A stretch of 64,000 nt of DNA from Oculina patagonica (taxonomy: Eukaryota): NCBI RefSeq assembly GCF_052425735.1, contig NC_135769.1:17484001-17548000 (forward strand). The letters run 5' to 3'. The translations under genes were made by a program, and so were the position numbers. Positions 62,793-64,000 of the stretch are shown here, piece by piece. Position 1 is the stretch's first letter. Each line of letters begins with the position of its first letter. Under the pieces are notes generated by a model, which saw only the letters and a list, made by a program, of their open reading frames with translations, was not told where the DNA came from and made no database searches.

Positions 62793-63311
62793 TTCTCCTA
62801 GCTCAGTTGTCCAAGGCCAAATTTGTTAAGCACACTGCACACTGCTGGAACTAACTTTTCCCCCTTTCGCACTTCTCATCATCCTTCGCGTCTTGCAATT
62901 TTCGCATAAGAGACGACTGGGGACGAGTCAGCTGCTGGAAAGCCTTATAACGGTGTAATAGTCAATCTCTTTTCAACGTTTTCGTGTCACAGCGCAGTGG
63001 TATGGTTGTATTATATCGAGTGTGCAGCTCAGTCAACCCTAACCACTTGCTGATCAGAACAATGCACGTCAGTGAGATAAATGGTCATAAATAGAGAGCA
63101 ATCACACACAATACCGTTTTCTGTGCGAGAACACTAACAATTAGGGAGAAATGTTGGGTGGCTTGAGATCCTAGTCAGCCACGCCTCTATGTTATTGTTT
63201 AGTCATTCGCTATTCGGGCAACTGCTGGGAGCCTTGTTTCAGATTACATGTGACGCGCGTACAAAGTCAACAGACCGCGACGAAATTAGACAACGCGCGA
63301 ATATATATAGG

Positions 63312-63748
63312 ACCCCGATTAGAAGCCGGCCTCGTATAAACGCCGGGTCAAAATTGCTAGTTTTTAAATAAACGCCGGAGGCGTTTGTTCGGGGTCCCGG
63401 CGTTTATTTGAGGTCAAGCTAACAAGTAAATATATTCTGTTTGTCACAAATCTTGATTGAAACATAACCTATTCAATCCGTAATAATGCACCTTTGGGAA
63501 ATAATAACCTTTAAGTACCCAGGGACAGTTTTTCGGGGCAGAACGAAGAGAAAAATCGTCCCGCCTTGATAAACTGCCCCTTGGTCTCGAAGATTGGTAA
63601 CAATAAATCAATCTGAAAAATTGGCAGAAAATTGCAGTCCGTTAATAAACGCCGGGCCCCGATTAAACGCCGGCTTCAAATAAACGCCGGGTTCACCAAG
63701 CCAAGTTTGAAATAAACGCCGGGGGCGTTTAATTGAGAAAATACGGTA
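63312..63748. mobile_element. Partial Tc1/pogo-type MITE
   Basis: Repeated AAACGCCGG motifs and a right end AAAATACGG-TA. The left end appears truncated. Confidence 0.5.
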
Positions 63749-64000
63749 TATTTTAATATCACCACCCTTATGAGTGCCTATATTGACCTCTGTACAATTT
63801 GTCCTGTCTCGGCTAACTGACAAAGCCAAGAACGAAACAACTGAATTAAGCTGAAGTCGACACGAAATCCAAGTAAATTTCCCGAACAAAGCGTTTTACA
63901 AGCCGCGAGATCACCAGTTTCTAATAAAATTCCTTCGCTACGCTATAAAATCAGTTTTCTGGTAATTTCAGGTCTTGATTTCAGCGCGTTTCTTTCTGTT

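Larger units (their letters stand above)
23300..62850. repeat. About 40-kb imperfect inverted repeat (two mirrored arms around the gap)
   Basis: Reverse-complement blocks seen by eye: 24960-27017 vs 62310-60275 (near-identical), 29975-30560 vs 59880-59350, 30770-31960 vs 59035-57625, and 38550-39740 vs 43860-42480 (more diverged). Confidence 0.85.

Overview
AT-rich, intron-containing, transposon-rich animal DNA. The repeat families look like those of stony corals or other cnidarians (inference), and there are two 500-N gaps. The first 21 kb holds an intronless BTB-BACK-Kelch gene (7728-9506) and at least 7 exons of a TEDC2-like gene (12942-20482) whose expected C-terminal exons were not found. 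The main discovery is an array of 11 paralogous microprotein genes at 23.3-62.8 kb: 5 on +, 6 on -, 57-63 aa each, one frameshifted. Each encodes a short N-terminus, one Gly/Ala-rich transmembrane helix, a variable charged linker and an invariant C-terminal PQEHDERFC-stop that varies only at synonymous sites. PQEHDE fits the TRAF6-binding consensus PxExx(aromatic/acidic). Six copies have a perfect or near-perfect NF-kB site about 0.7-1.2 kb upstream (for copy 2 only after removing a 2.9-kb TE stack), often next to an octamer. All copies have a splice donor 3-11 nt after the stop codon. My hypothesis is an NF-kB-inducible family of ectodomain-less TRAF6 adaptors or decoys. The + and - halves mirror each other around the gap at 41762-42261, so they are either a large palindrome or two highly divergent haplotypes joined tail to tail. 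Many DNA transposon, SINE, LINE and Penelope remnants were delimited, the DNA elements by TIRs/TSDs and several by comparing the two arms.
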